From NCBI GenBank assembly GCA_029883265.1, contig JAOUJM010000001.1, positions 10,511-74,510 of the forward strand: a DNA stretch of 64,000 nucleotides, in the 5' to 3' direction. The DNA comes from Gammaproteobacteria bacterium. GTDB lineage: Bacteria; Pseudomonadota; Gammaproteobacteria; S012-40. A program made the translations under genes and the position numbers. Below the pieces are notes generated by a model. The model was not told where the DNA came from and searched no databases. It saw only the letters and a program-made list of their open reading frames with translations. This document shows positions 54,658-64,000 of this stretch, in pieces. The stretch's first letter is position 1. Each line of letters begins with the position of its first letter.

Positions 54658-55993
54658 TGGGAATCCTTGCCGACGCTTGTGAATCCTTAAGTAACTGCTT
54701 TAAGTCCTTGTATCCATCAGCTAGGCTACAGTGGTCGCTGGTTTTTTGCTGTGCAAATTGGTCAAACTCCGCTTTAAAGCGAATCGCACGATCCAAAACT
54801 GCATTCCCACCCGCTTGATACACGCCAAGTTCGACCATGTCGCGGGACTTTTCGTAGCTGGCTAACAACTTCATAACATCGTTACAAATACTGGCCTGTT
54901 CTTCGGTATGCAAACTCGAACTCAGACGACTATGACTTTGCAACACGTCAATTGCAGGAAAGTGTCGTTTATTCGCATAATCACGCGATAACACTATATG
55001 TCCATCCAAAATCGCTCGCACACTGTCACTGACGGGCTCATTCAAATCATCACCTTCGACTAGCACCGTATAAATCCCGGTAATCGAGCCTTTGCCTTTT
55101 ATGCCACCGCAACGTTCCAGTAATCGGGGCAAATGTGTGAACACCGTGGGTGTATATCCTCTTGCGGTGGGAGGCTCTCCGATGGATAGACCGATTTCCC
55201 GCTGCGCCATTGCAAACCGGGTAATAGAATCCATGGTCAACAAAACGTGTAAACCCTGCTCACGATAATATTCCGCAATCCGTGTCGCCGTGTATGCGGC
55301 ATGCACACGTTCGAGCGGTGATTGGTCTGAGGTTGAAACAATGACAACTGATTTTTTTAGAGTGTCTGCGTCGAGATTTTCTTCAACAAACTCCATGGCC
55401 TCACGACCGCGTTCACCCACTAGTGCAATTATATTGACGTCGGCATCCGAGCAGCGGGAAATCATACCTAACAAAGAACTTTTCCCTATTCCGCTGCCGG
55501 AAAATATGCCAATGCGCTGACCTCGACCAATACTTAACAAGGTATCAATCACCGCTACACCGGTGTGTATTTGTGTGTCAATACGCGAACGCGCAAGTGG
55601 GTTGATCTCAGGCTGATACAATTCTATTCGTTGATTACAATCGTGAAGATCTTCACCGTCTAAGGGTTCACCGAATGCATTAAGTACGCGCCCCAAAAGA
55701 CCTCTACCCACATTAAGTTGAGTTGTACGGCCCAACGCGATCACCTCTGCACCCAGGCGAATACCACGAATATCGCCATGGGGCATGAGTAAAACACGAT
55801 TGTTTTTTATACCCACAACCTCTGCCATCACTTGATGTCGCTGTGAGGAATGGATTTGACAGAGCTCTCCGAGAAAGACTTCTGGACCGACGGATTCAAT
55901 AATCAAACCAAAAAACTGCGTCACTTTGCCAACCGACTTAACCAGGCGTTTGTCTTTAATCGCTTGTTTTAAGCTATGCAACTGAGCATTCAA
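54650..55993 (-). CDS. fliI: Flagellum-specific ATPase FliI
   Basis: 447 aa. Walker A GSGIGKS. Overall T3SS ATPase layout. Confidence 0.9.
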   Translation of the reverse strand: MNAQLHSLKQAIKDKRLVKSVGKVTQFFGLIIESVGPEVFLGELCQIHSSQRHQVMAEVVGIKNNRVLLMPHGDIRGIRLGAEVIALGRTTQLNVGRGLLGRVLNAFGEPLDGEDLHDCNQRIELYQPEINPLARSRIDTQIHTGVAVIDTLLSIGRGQRIGIFSGSGIGKSSLLGMISRCSDADVNIIALVGERGREAMEFVEENLDADTLKKSVVIVSTSDQSPLERVHAAYTATRIAEYYREQGLHVLLTMDSITRFAMAQREIGLSIGEPPTARGYTPTVFTHLPRLLERCGGIKGKGSITGIYTVLVEGDDLNEPVSDSVRAILDGHIVLSRDYANKRHFPAIDVLQSHSRLSSSLHTEEQASICNDVMKLLASYEKSRDMVELGVYQAGGNAVLDRAIRFKAEFDQFAQQKTSDHCSLADGYKDLKQLLKDSQASARIPNE

Positions 55994-56745
55994 ACGTCTT
56001 GTCCCTCTTGTTGGTTTTCCAACAATACCTTTTTCAATTCTTCGAGTTGTTGTTCTAATCGAGCATCTAAACTACCTTGATCAAGCTGAATAATGCAGCC
56101 ACCGTATCTAACCCGTTCATCGGCTACTAGTGGGTACGTCAAGGAAAGGCATGGTGAATCACTTGTCTCATGCACCAACATCTCGTAATCCTGAGGAGAC
56201 ACCAGCACCTCAATGACCTGTTGATTAGTCACTTGCTGGATAGCGTGATTAATAGCCGCGCGACTGAACGTTTTATTAGCGAGTGATTCACCAACTATTT
56301 TACTGATGCTCACCATAACTACATCGAGCAATTCATCACTCATGGCCTGCAAATAACGTTGTTTCTCATCATTGATAGTACCCAATAGTGTTTCTAACGA
56401 GACTAATTTTGAGTTCATCTCTTTGGTTGCATCTTCTAACCCGCGGGCATACGCTTCATCGTAAGCTTTTTTGCAAGCTTCTTCCTGGTCTAGTCTCAAT
56501 CCGTCATTCAAAACATCGACTTGTTGTTTTAACTCCACGTTGTCTAGTTTAAGCTGCGTATTTTGTGCTACCACTAATTGGTAGTCGTCCTGCGAAATAG
56601 TAGATTTGGGGGCGAAGTCTATTGCTTCCACTAGCGTGGAAGTGGTGTGAGATAACACAGTAGGTTTATTGAATGTCCTACCCAAAATGACTTTGTTGCA
56701 CTCATCAAATACGGGTGAAGTAATTACTTTTTTTAATTCCGTCAT
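55990..56745 (-). CDS. fliH: Flagellar assembly protein FliH
   Basis: 251 aa in the fliG-fliH-fliI position. Coiled-coil middle region. Confidence 0.55.
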   Translation of the reverse strand: MTELKKVITSPVFDECNKVILGRTFNKPTVLSHTTSTLVEAIDFAPKSTISQDDYQLVVAQNTQLKLDNVELKQQVDVLNDGLRLDQEEACKKAYDEAYARGLEDATKEMNSKLVSLETLLGTINDEKQRYLQAMSDELLDVVMVSISKIVGESLANKTFSRAAINHAIQQVTNQQVIEVLVSPQDYEMLVHETSDSPCLSLTYPLVADERVRYGGCIIQLDQGSLDARLEQQLEELKKVLLENQQEGQDV

Positions 56746-56778
56746 GGTTTGTACGCGCCTATTCTTTTTACCACAGGG

Positions 56779-57270
56779 TTAATTGATAGTAGAAATTGAA
56801 TTTGGATCCGACTCTAGTACCAACGCCCTTATTAATGATGCTTGTAATTTTCCTGGAAGGCGTGGTAACACGTCATCACCGTTCGTCAATACTTTCAGTT
56901 GTCTCCGTCGCTTTGATTGATTGATATATTCCGCCTTCCAAGGCCATTCTTTCATATTTACCACTTGGGCACTCACATGTATGGATTCACTATCCAGAAT
57001 TGCCTGCACATCAAGCAATTTAACTTTTGCAAGGATTTCTTCTTCTAAACTCGTCGCCGAAAAGGCCTTCTTTTGCAGAGAGGTATCACATGTTTGCAAT
57101 ACTTGTTGCAATAATAATTCGTCTTTTGGAATCCCAATACTTTCTAATTCTTCCAAGGCTGTTTCAATCGCCGGCTGATACAAATCGGGTATCGACTCCA
57201 ATAGCCACTGCTGATCTTTAGGATCAAGTGAATACAAAACCATCGCTATTCTTTTCGTTACTTGCATCAA
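56779..57270 (-). CDS. fliG: FliG-like protein, N-terminal domain only (163 aa)
   Basis: KRIAMVLYSLDPKDQQWLLESIP resembles the FliG N-terminal (FliF-binding) domain. The protein is about half the usual FliG length and lacks the C-terminal torque-generating domain. It sits in the fliF-fliG-fliH position. Confidence 0.45.
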   Translation of the reverse strand: MMQVTKRIAMVLYSLDPKDQQWLLESIPDLYQPAIETALEELESIGIPKDELLLQQVLQTCDTSLQKKAFSATSLEEEILAKVKLLDVQAILDSESIHVSAQVVNMKEWPWKAEYINQSKRRRQLKVLTNGDDVLPRLPGKLQASLIRALVLESDPNSISTIN

Positions 57271-58751
57271 CGTGCTTCCCTCAAAACACCATTTTCATCT
57301 GCTTCCAACCAATGATTAATTTGTAACAACAGTTTATTTCGTTCTGATTCACTCAAGCGTTTTCGTTGGTTAATTAATTTGAACGCCAACAAAATGATGA
57401 TTAGCACAAGAAAAAAAAGACCGGCAAACACAGCCACAATTTGGTTTCGACTCGTTGTCCAATAGTGCTGCACACGTGCTTTGATCTGCTCAAGTAACCA
57501 ACTGTCGCTCGCGTCTGCGTCGACTGGTTGAATGGGTTGTGACAGCGTGTTCTGGACGAGTGGTTGTGGAGGTACTGGTTCCGCAATAGCAACAGGTACT
57601 TCTAGTTGATCGTCATGATCCGTAAAAAATCCATATTCAATTGCATGAACCACCACCTTGTCGCCACGGGCATCATCAAGACCCGCTGCCATTGCCACCA
57701 GCTCTTGTATTTTCTTGATTTGGCGCGAGCTGGTATCTTCAGGCACTGATACGCCGATGCTTATATTTTTAATGGAGCCAGGCTCGCTGATTATCAGATC
57801 CACTTTTTTGCCGAATTGGTATTCTATTTCTGTAATTGATTGAGGCTCAGCATTCTCCGAGTTATTGTTGTCGCTTCGCTTGATTTCTTTCCTTCGGATC
57901 ACTCCACGATTTTTTGAATCAACCGGTATGTAGTCTTCGCGAGTGGTTTTGGTTTGGCGGTAATCCAGATTGACATTAACCCCCACAACACTTTGGTTAG
58001 GTCCTAGCGATTGCTCGAGCACTTTTTCTATTTTCCTTGTAAGATAATTCTCTAGCTCCTGTTTTCGTTTTAGTCGGGAACTAATGTTTACCACTGCTTG
58101 ATCGGTTTCAATATTATTGCTGATTGTATTTCCATCCTGGTCAATGACAACAACATTGTGCTCACTCATATGATCCACAGCATTTGCAACTAGTTTTTGG
58201 ATCCCTATAATTTGCCGTTCAGCAAGACGGGATCCTGATTTTAGAAATACTGTCACCGACGCGCTTGATTCCGTTTTCTTCTTTGAAAATAGTTTGGTTT
58301 GCGGAATCATTAGATGAACACGCGCATGTCGTATTTCTTCAATTGAGGAAATAGTACGCGCAAGCTCACCCTGCATAGCGCGTTGGTAATTAATTTTTTG
58401 TACAAATTCAGTCATTCCAAAATCGGACTTGTCAAATAATTCCAAACCTACCCCACCACCAAAGGTCACATTAGCGCCTGCCAGTTTTAGCCGTGTTTCA
58501 TGAACCTTGTCTTGGGGTATTAATAACGCGGTGCCATTCTGGCTGATTCGATAAGGAACTTTTTGATTCTCTAGTTCAGCGATGACTTTTGCCGCATCCT
58601 GAGGTGCTAACTCGGAAAAGAGTAAGCCGTATTCTGTTTTAAGCAGCCAAAATAGAGACGAAACAATTACTCCCACAATAATTACGCCGCCCAGAATGAG
58701 TATTAGGTTCTTAGTCGTTGGTTGTTGATCTGTTTTTAATATGCTTGGCAT
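57267..58751 (-). CDS. fliF: Flagellar MS-ring protein FliF
   Basis: 494 aa. N-terminal TM segment, YscJ/FliF-type periplasmic domains and a C-terminal TM segment. Confidence 0.85.
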   Translation of the reverse strand: MPSILKTDQQPTTKNLILILGGVIIVGVIVSSLFWLLKTEYGLLFSELAPQDAAKVIAELENQKVPYRISQNGTALLIPQDKVHETRLKLAGANVTFGGGVGLELFDKSDFGMTEFVQKINYQRAMQGELARTISSIEEIRHARVHLMIPQTKLFSKKKTESSASVTVFLKSGSRLAERQIIGIQKLVANAVDHMSEHNVVVIDQDGNTISNNIETDQAVVNISSRLKRKQELENYLTRKIEKVLEQSLGPNQSVVGVNVNLDYRQTKTTREDYIPVDSKNRGVIRRKEIKRSDNNNSENAEPQSITEIEYQFGKKVDLIISEPGSIKNISIGVSVPEDTSSRQIKKIQELVAMAAGLDDARGDKVVVHAIEYGFFTDHDDQLEVPVAIAEPVPPQPLVQNTLSQPIQPVDADASDSWLLEQIKARVQHYWTTSRNQIVAVFAGLFFLVLIIILLAFKLINQRKRLSESERNKLLLQINHWLEADENGVLREAR

Positions 58752-58760
58752 GATAATCCT

Positions 58761-59081
58761 CTACACTTGCATGCGCATAATTTCCTGATAACCTTCAAGC
58801 AATTTGTTTCGAACTTGAATGGCCAGTTGTAATTCAGTTTTAGCTTTCTCTAGCGACAACATGACGTGATGTAAGTTGTTTGTTTCGCCTGTTGCCAGTG
58901 CCATAAGCTGAGACTCGGCTTGTTGTATATTTTGATTTAAATGGCCCGTACCCTGATTAAGCCATATCGCAAAATCACTATTCGGCTGCGAGACATTTGC
59001 AGTCATCCCATTTCCCTCAAGACTGGGTAACAACATTTGCGAATTGATACTGGTTAGGTTGATCGGTTCTACTGCCATCAC
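58761..59081 (-). CDS. fliE: Flagellar hook-basal body protein FliE
   Basis: 106 aa with C-terminal …VRNKLLEGYQEIMRMQV. Confidence 0.8.
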   Translation of the reverse strand: MMAVEPINLTSINSQMLLPSLEGNGMTANVSQPNSDFAIWLNQGTGHLNQNIQQAESQLMALATGETNNLHHVMLSLEKAKTELQLAIQVRNKLLEGYQEIMRMQV

Positions 59082-59512
59082 TATCTCCCAATTTCTAGTG
59101 CGCGGTTCGCCATGGATTTTGCAGCATTCATCGCCGCCACGTTTGCATCATAGGTTCTTAATGCCTGTAACATCGTGACCATTTCCGATACGGTATTAAT
59201 ATTTGGATAGGCAACATAACCCTTATCATCCGCATGAGGGTGACTTGGATCATAAACCAACTTCGGTTCGACATTGTCCGGTTGTACACTAAACGCAGTA
59301 ACACCTTGTGGATTGATCTGCTGTTTTAACAGTATTTTATTAAACGTTGAATCAATCGGTACGTTGGAGATAACGCGTAATGGTCGATATGTTTCACTCG
59401 CATTCTTTGCACTCACATTGGCATTTGCTAGATTCATGGCCACCGTGTCCAATCGAAGTTTTTCTAGTGCCATGCCTGATGCGCTAATTTGAAAAGCGGA
59501 TAAATAATCCAT
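59081..59512 (-). CDS. flgC: Flagellar basal-body rod protein FlgC
   Basis: 143 aa. N-terminal …SASGMALEKLRLDTVAMNLANANV. Confidence 0.85.
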   Translation of the reverse strand: MDYLSAFQISASGMALEKLRLDTVAMNLANANVSAKNASETYRPLRVISNVPIDSTFNKILLKQQINPQGVTAFSVQPDNVEPKLVYDPSHPHADDKGYVAYPNINTVSEMVTMLQALRTYDANVAAMNAAKSMANRALEIGR

Positions 59513-59514
59513 AA

Positions 59515-59910
59515 CTAACTCCTGACATCTTCTTTAATAGCCATTTTTAACAAGGAACCGTATTTGCTCAACCCCTCTAATAGTGCTTTATAGTGCAAGG
59601 TGTTGTCTGCCAGTTTTGCCATTTCCATATCAAGCTGTACTTTTTGCTCACCGGTTTGAAGCAAGCCTTCTCCATTATTTAATTGATTGCGCAGAGAACT
59701 AATATGTTCATCGATAGATTGTTCCGCGCCATCGCCTGCGATGTGTTCACTCAACTGTCTCAGATAGGGCTCGAACGCCAGGGTTTGTGGTTTGAACCCA
59801 TCGGTATTTGCATTAGCAATATTATTAGCGATGACCTTATGTTGCATAACCGAGGCATCAAGCGCCAGTTTGACCACCTCAGCGGTGATACTAGAAATTC
59901 CTTCAGTCAT
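59515..59910 (-). CDS. flgB: Flagellar basal-body rod protein FlgB
   Basis: 131 aa with IANNIANANTDGFK. Confidence 0.85.
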   Translation of the reverse strand: MTEGISSITAEVVKLALDASVMQHKVIANNIANANTDGFKPQTLAFEPYLRQLSEHIAGDGAEQSIDEHISSLRNQLNNGEGLLQTGEQKVQLDMEMAKLADNTLHYKALLEGLSKYGSLLKMAIKEDVRS

Positions 59911-59959
59911 TTATTTTCCTTCTACTGTTGTTTCAAACATTGACAGAATCTGCCTGTGG

Positions 59960-61108
59960 CTATTGAATAATAATTTCTGCATGTAAACTGCCTGCTCGTT
60001 TAATGGATTGTAATATTGTAATGATATCCCGACTTGATGCTTTTACTTGATACAACGCGGTGACTAAATCCATGACCGTGGAATGACCGGACAAAGACAC
60101 GAGCAATGGATCATCCTCTTTCACTTCAAGCGTGGATTTGGGCACAATTGCAGTTCTAACATCACTGCCGCTTTGACGAACGAACATGGGTTGTGAAACA
60201 CTGTAATCAGTACTAATGGATACATTCAAATCACCGTGAGTGATACTCACTGGCGATATTTTTACATTCCCACCGGCAACCACCGTACCCGTACGTTCAT
60301 TGACCACAACTTTTGCGCTTACATCTGGTTGAACTTTTGTATTTTCAATCTTGGTGATGAATCCAACCACATTATTTCGATCTTGACGAGGCACACGAAT
60401 TTGAATTCGTCCGGCATTGCTTGCTTTAGCTAACGATTGACCAAACGCTTGTTGTAAGGCTTCAACAATACGGCTAGACGTTGTGAAATCCGGATTTGCC
60501 AGAACAAACTCGATAAAACCTTCGTCATTGACCAATGTGGTTTGCGCAGATTGCTCAACGATAGCGCCATTGGGAACATAACCAGCGGTAGGATGATTTT
60601 TTTGAACAAGATTTCCGTTTAGGTCATAACTAAAACCACCGACCGATATTTGGCCTTGCGCTAACGCAAAGATTCGCCCACCTGGGCCAATGAGGTGTGC
60701 ACGCAACAAGGTACCACCCACTAAACTACGCGCATCTCCCATCGACGTAATATTAACATCCAGTTTATCACCCGATCCTGCAAAAGGAGGTAAGATCGCG
60801 GTAACCATTACGGAAGCCACATTACGTCCCCGCACTTGTTTGGGCACAACATTTACGCCAAACGCTTTCAAAACATTGGCAACTGATTGGTAAGTGGCAG
60901 CACTTCGGGTGGAATCACCGGTGCCAGCGAGACCAGTGACTAAACCATAGCCCACCAACATATTGTCTCGTGCTTCGGCAATGCGTCCGAGTTCTTTTAT
61001 ACGTATTGTTAAATCTATTTCACCATTGTCTTCGGCATGAGTAACCGTGCCTGCAAAACAACACAAGAGCACGAGAATGATTTGAATAATTTTTCTAGTC
61101 TGTTTCAT
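59960..61108 (-). CDS. flgI: Flagellar P-ring protein FlgI
   Basis: 382 aa. Signal peptide. LVGYGLVTGLAGTGDS. Confidence 0.9.
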   Translation of the reverse strand: MKQTRKIIQIILVLLCCFAGTVTHAEDNGEIDLTIRIKELGRIAEARDNMLVGYGLVTGLAGTGDSTRSAATYQSVANVLKAFGVNVVPKQVRGRNVASVMVTAILPPFAGSGDKLDVNITSMGDARSLVGGTLLRAHLIGPGGRIFALAQGQISVGGFSYDLNGNLVQKNHPTAGYVPNGAIVEQSAQTTLVNDEGFIEFVLANPDFTTSSRIVEALQQAFGQSLAKASNAGRIQIRVPRQDRNNVVGFITKIENTKVQPDVSAKVVVNERTGTVVAGGNVKISPVSITHGDLNVSISTDYSVSQPMFVRQSGSDVRTAIVPKSTLEVKEDDPLLVSLSGHSTVMDLVTALYQVKASSRDIITILQSIKRAGSLHAEIIIQ

Positions 61109-61109
61109 G

Positions 61110-61676
61110 TTAAAACAACCAATTAAATATGCGAGTTATAATGCCTGGTTTACCGCGAGAGCTAATGAGCCCCTCACCACTAAATTCAATTTCTGCATCT
61201 GCCATTCGACTGGACAATATGGTGTTATCACTGGCGATATCCTGGGGTCTTACTCGACCATACACACTTATTTTTTGGGTATCGTTGTTAAAATCAATAT
61301 ACTGCTCACCTTCGACAATTAATTCACCGTTGTTTAATTTTTCACTAACGGACACGGAAACGGTTGCAACCAGCTTTCCCGCTTGTTTACTACTACCACT
61401 CCCGCCAAAATCATTTGATATATCCAAACCTGCCCCAAGATTCGAAATCTTATCAAACGCCGATATACCAACATCACTGGATTTTTTTGTATCCGTTTGT
61501 GTTGATGTCGTCGCGGAAGCCACTTCATAAATCATGACTGTTAATAAATCGCCAACCTTGTAGCTGCGGTGATCGCCGGTTAAGGACTTGTAACTTGATT
61601 CACTATATAAACTGCCCGCTAGGGCTGTGTTTTGAATAAGCAATAAAAGTAAAACAACATTAACTATTGTCTTCAT
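61110..61676 (-). CDS. flgH: Flagellar L-ring lipoprotein FlgH
   Basis: 188 aa. Signal peptide. GDLLTVMIYEVASATTSTQTDTKKSS. Confidence 0.85.
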   Translation of the reverse strand: MKTIVNVVLLLLLIQNTALAGSLYSESSYKSLTGDHRSYKVGDLLTVMIYEVASATTSTQTDTKKSSDVGISAFDKISNLGAGLDISNDFGGSGSSKQAGKLVATVSVSVSEKLNNGELIVEGEQYIDFNNDTQKISVYGRVRPQDIASDNTILSSRMADAEIEFSGEGLISSRGKPGIITRIFNWLF

Positions 61677-62652
61677 TTCGGCCTCCCACCACAGCCAACT
61701 GATCGCCAGTCACTCTCACTTGATAAATTAAACCGCTGCGAATGTTTTTTACATCAATGTAATCACCCACCTGTCCATCAGACAATGCTTCAGCATCCGC
61801 ATGGATGACAACTGCTCCTTGAGAGACCATGACTTTTAACTTTTCACCTTTGCTTACGGCAGGCAAGACTTCTATACTTCGCCTTGTTAACACATCGCCT
61901 TGTTTCACTGACAAACGCAAACGATTACCTTCAAGTAGGGAAGCTTTATTCAAATGCTCCGGAAACAAGGTAATGTCTTTTTGCTCCAGCAAAAACTGTT
62001 GTGTTGACAGGTGTTGACCGCGATCTAGGTCATGTCGAGCGACATAAACCCAATCCTTAATTTTGACTTCAAACCAAATCGGCACAGACTGATACAATAC
62101 ACTTTGGCTGTGGATATCAACCCAAACACACATACGTCGATGTGGATTCAAGGGCTCAGCTAATCTCACTCGTAAATCATAGGGTGCATCGGGAATCAAT
62201 AAATCTTTTAACAAACTTTTTTCATTGATATTCACTATTGAATATTCTTCACTGAGTGTTTTGTATAGCGCATCATAAGCAGGTTTCAAAATGGTCGTTC
62301 TTGTCAATTTGGTAGCCTTTGTTTTCACTTTTACACTCAACGGGCCCTGCCAATGTATGGATTCGTTATGTAGAACATTAGCTTTCTCCAATTGCGCTTG
62401 GATTTGCAAACGTGCAATAGTCTTGCTTTGCCCAGCAAGCGGTGCCTCGGAGATCATTAATTGTTGCAACAATGCTTTCTCGCTAGTATCAGTGGTTAAA
62501 ACTTCCACAAGTTGTCCTAACATGATCACTGGTGTATTGACTTGCGTATTCGTTAACAACTGTAACTCCACAGCCGCATTGGCAATGCTATGCAGCAGAC
62601 CGAGGAATGCTGTCAATATCAAAACCATTAATTGTCGCTGGTAAAATCTCAT
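61660..62652 (-). CDS. flgA: Flagellar P-ring assembly chaperone FlgA (long form)
   Basis: 330 aa. Signal peptide. C-terminal GDYIDVKNIRSGLIYQVRVTGDQLAVV matches the FlgA SAF-domain end. Confidence 0.6.
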   Translation of the reverse strand: MRFYQRQLMVLILTAFLGLLHSIANAAVELQLLTNTQVNTPVIMLGQLVEVLTTDTSEKALLQQLMISEAPLAGQSKTIARLQIQAQLEKANVLHNESIHWQGPLSVKVKTKATKLTRTTILKPAYDALYKTLSEEYSIVNINEKSLLKDLLIPDAPYDLRVRLAEPLNPHRRMCVWVDIHSQSVLYQSVPIWFEVKIKDWVYVARHDLDRGQHLSTQQFLLEQKDITLFPEHLNKASLLEGNRLRLSVKQGDVLTRRSIEVLPAVSKGEKLKVMVSQGAVVIHADAEALSDGQVGDYIDVKNIRSGLIYQVRVTGDQLAVVGGRNEDNS

Positions 62653-63428
62653 CGTTTTAAATTATTCACAATTCCCATTAATTCATCAGCGGCTTGTATT
62701 ACTTTTGAATTTATTTCATATGCCCGTTGTGCCAACATCAAGCTTGAGAGTTCTTCGACTAGCTTCACATTGGATGATTCAAGAAATCCTTGTGCGAGCG
62801 TACCACTACCGTTTTCCCCAGGTGTATTATAAATGGCATCACCGCTTTGACGATTTTTAAGATAAAGATTATTACCGATCGGTTCCAATGCTGTTTGATT
62901 GACAAAACTTGCCAACTCCAACTCGCCGAGCTCCATGAGCTCTTGTTCACCCGCAAGTTGTGCCAGCACTTTTCCATTGGGTTTTACCAGTAGCTGTTCA
63001 GTATCACTAGGTACTGAAATCATCGGATTTATCATATGACCATCTGCATTCACCAAGTAATTATCCTGGTTGACACTAAATGCGCCCGTACGTGTATAAG
63101 CAAAACTGCCATCCGGCAAAACCACTTCAAAAAAGCCATCACCATTGATCGCAAAATCATATGGACTTTCGGTCTGTTTCATATCACCGGTTGAAAATAT
63201 TTTTGAGGTGCCAGTAATTGCCGAGCCCAATCCTGAAAATTTTTGTGATTCTACTTGCGTTAGTGGAATAGCGGCCAGGTCATTACTCGATCGGTACATC
63301 AAGTCTTCGAAATCAACCCGGCTCTTTTTAAACCCAGGGGTATTCACATTTGCCAAATTGTTTGCGATCACGTCGATTGCGGTTTGTTGGGTTTGCATGC
63401 CTGTTGCGGCAATAAATAACGAATCCAT
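62649..63428 (-). CDS. flgG: Flagellar distal rod protein FlgG
   Basis: 259 aa. ATGMQTQQTAIDVIANNLANVNTPGFK. Confidence 0.8.
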   Translation of the reverse strand: MDSLFIAATGMQTQQTAIDVIANNLANVNTPGFKKSRVDFEDLMYRSSNDLAAIPLTQVESQKFSGLGSAITGTSKIFSTGDMKQTESPYDFAINGDGFFEVVLPDGSFAYTRTGAFSVNQDNYLVNADGHMINPMISVPSDTEQLLVKPNGKVLAQLAGEQELMELGELELASFVNQTALEPIGNNLYLKNRQSGDAIYNTPGENGSGTLAQGFLESSNVKLVEELSSLMLAQRAYEINSKVIQAADELMGIVNNLKR

Positions 63429-63439
63429 AATGTTTACTC

Positions 63440-64000
63440 CTATAAATTGCTGCCTAGACTACGAATAGCCGAGTCCATCATTTCGTCATACGTTTTCATG
63501 ACACGTTGCGCTGATTCAAAGTGTCTTGTAGTTGCGATCATGTTAACCATTGCCTGCATGGTATTGACATTTGAGTTTTCCAAATAGCCAGGACGTAGGG
63601 TTAGCGAATCGTCATTGACCGGATGTGGCTCGGCCCCATTGAACCTAAATATCCCCCCGCCTGCTTTTTCCAAGGATGAAACTTCTCCCGTGCTATATAA
63701 CTGCAACTGTGCCACAAGATTATCGCCGTCCCATATGCGCCCTTGCGAATCAATTCTAGGACTGGAGGTGTTTAGCATGATGTCTCCGCTTGTTCCTTGC
63801 ACCGCGTATCCATGCTGGCTGACTAAACGTCCGCTTTGATCAATTGAAAAATTCCCTTGACGGGTAAAAAATGATTGACCGTTTGAATATAATTTGAAAA
63901 ACGCATTTGTTTCAATGGCCACATCGAGAGGATTACCGGTGAACTTGAAAGTGCCGGGCTGCATATCTACCTGTGTAACAAGGCTTTGATTGTCTGGTAA
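63440..64000 (-). CDS. flgF: Flagellar proximal rod protein FlgF (partial; N-terminus beyond window end)
   Basis: Track ORF 63440..63964. The frame stays open to position 64000 (…LPDNQSLVTQVDMQPG…). C-terminal rod-protein motif …ENSNVNTMQAMVNMIATTRHFESAQRVMKTYDEM. Confidence 0.7.
   Translation of the reverse strand, partial: LPDNQSLVTQVDMQPGTFKFTGNPLDVAIETNAFFKLYSNGQSFFTRQGNFSIDQSGRLVSQHGYAVQGTSGDIMLNTSSPRIDSQGRIWDGDNLVAQLQLYSTGEVSSLEKAGGGIFRFNGAEPHPVNDDSLTLRPGYLENSNVNTMQAMVNMIATTRHFESAQRVMKTYDEMMDSAIRSLGSNL

Noticed and set aside
56779-57270. Calling the 163-aa ORF a full FliG or a non-flagellar protein
   Set aside because: The length and the absence of the C-terminal charged torque helix exclude a full FliG. 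Position and N-domain similarity support a truncated FliG rather than an unrelated protein. Kept at low confidence.
59911-59960. Weak sigma-54-like GGCAG-N5-GTCAA upstream of flgB
   Set aside because: Only a partial match to TGGCAC-N5-TTGCA. Not reported as a feature.

Overview
This 64-kb window comes from a Gram-negative bacterium (about 40% GC; the L/P-ring genes flgH and flgI are present) and is almost entirely minus-strand coding.

(1) 47.1-64 kb is a contiguous flagellar gene array. Its order is flgF-flgG-flgA-flgH-flgI-flgB-flgC-fliE-fliF-fliG'(163 aa, N-domain only)-fliH-fliI-fliJ-fliK?-flgD-flgE-fliM'(short)-fliN-fliO-fliP-fliA, followed by two TPR proteins. There is no fliQ/fliR/flhB/flhA between fliP and fliA.

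(2) 41.5-47.0 kb is a 5.4-kb segment bounded by ~450-bp direct repeats. It carries a lipoprotein-lipoprotein-outer-membrane-barrel operon, a degenerate HTH/transposase-like remnant and a truncated copy of the TPR gene 3' end.

(3) 21.8-41.0 kb is one intact 19,155-nt ORF for a 6,384-aa RHS/YD-repeat protein. It has an RHS N-terminal motif, two Asp-box/BNR-like propeller regions, five LysM-like segments and a very long YD shell. It has no signal peptide, PAAR, LXG or TPS domain and no DPxGL motif. Its present C-terminal lipase-like (GHSLGG) toxin domain and the downstream ankyrin-repeat lipoprotein immunity gene are cargo of a 4,107-bp IS66-family element (tnpA/B/C). That element is inserted in-frame with a perfect 8-bp target duplication (CTGGCCAT), and its right inverted repeat is translated as part of the protein (VSVQNSAP). 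This is the most interesting feature of the window.

(4) 0.9-18.7 kb holds the displaced original C-terminus of that gene, then about 16 mostly startless orphan toxin-CT/immunity modules. They are joined at a conserved (V/F)VP(N/D)K junction that abuts or overlaps the preceding immunity stop codon. A second IS66-family element whose cargo is a lytic-transglycosylase-like toxin plus a secreted immunity protein also lies in the array. The array is terminated by an IS110-family transposase that runs off the window start.

No rRNA, tRNA or CRISPR was seen.
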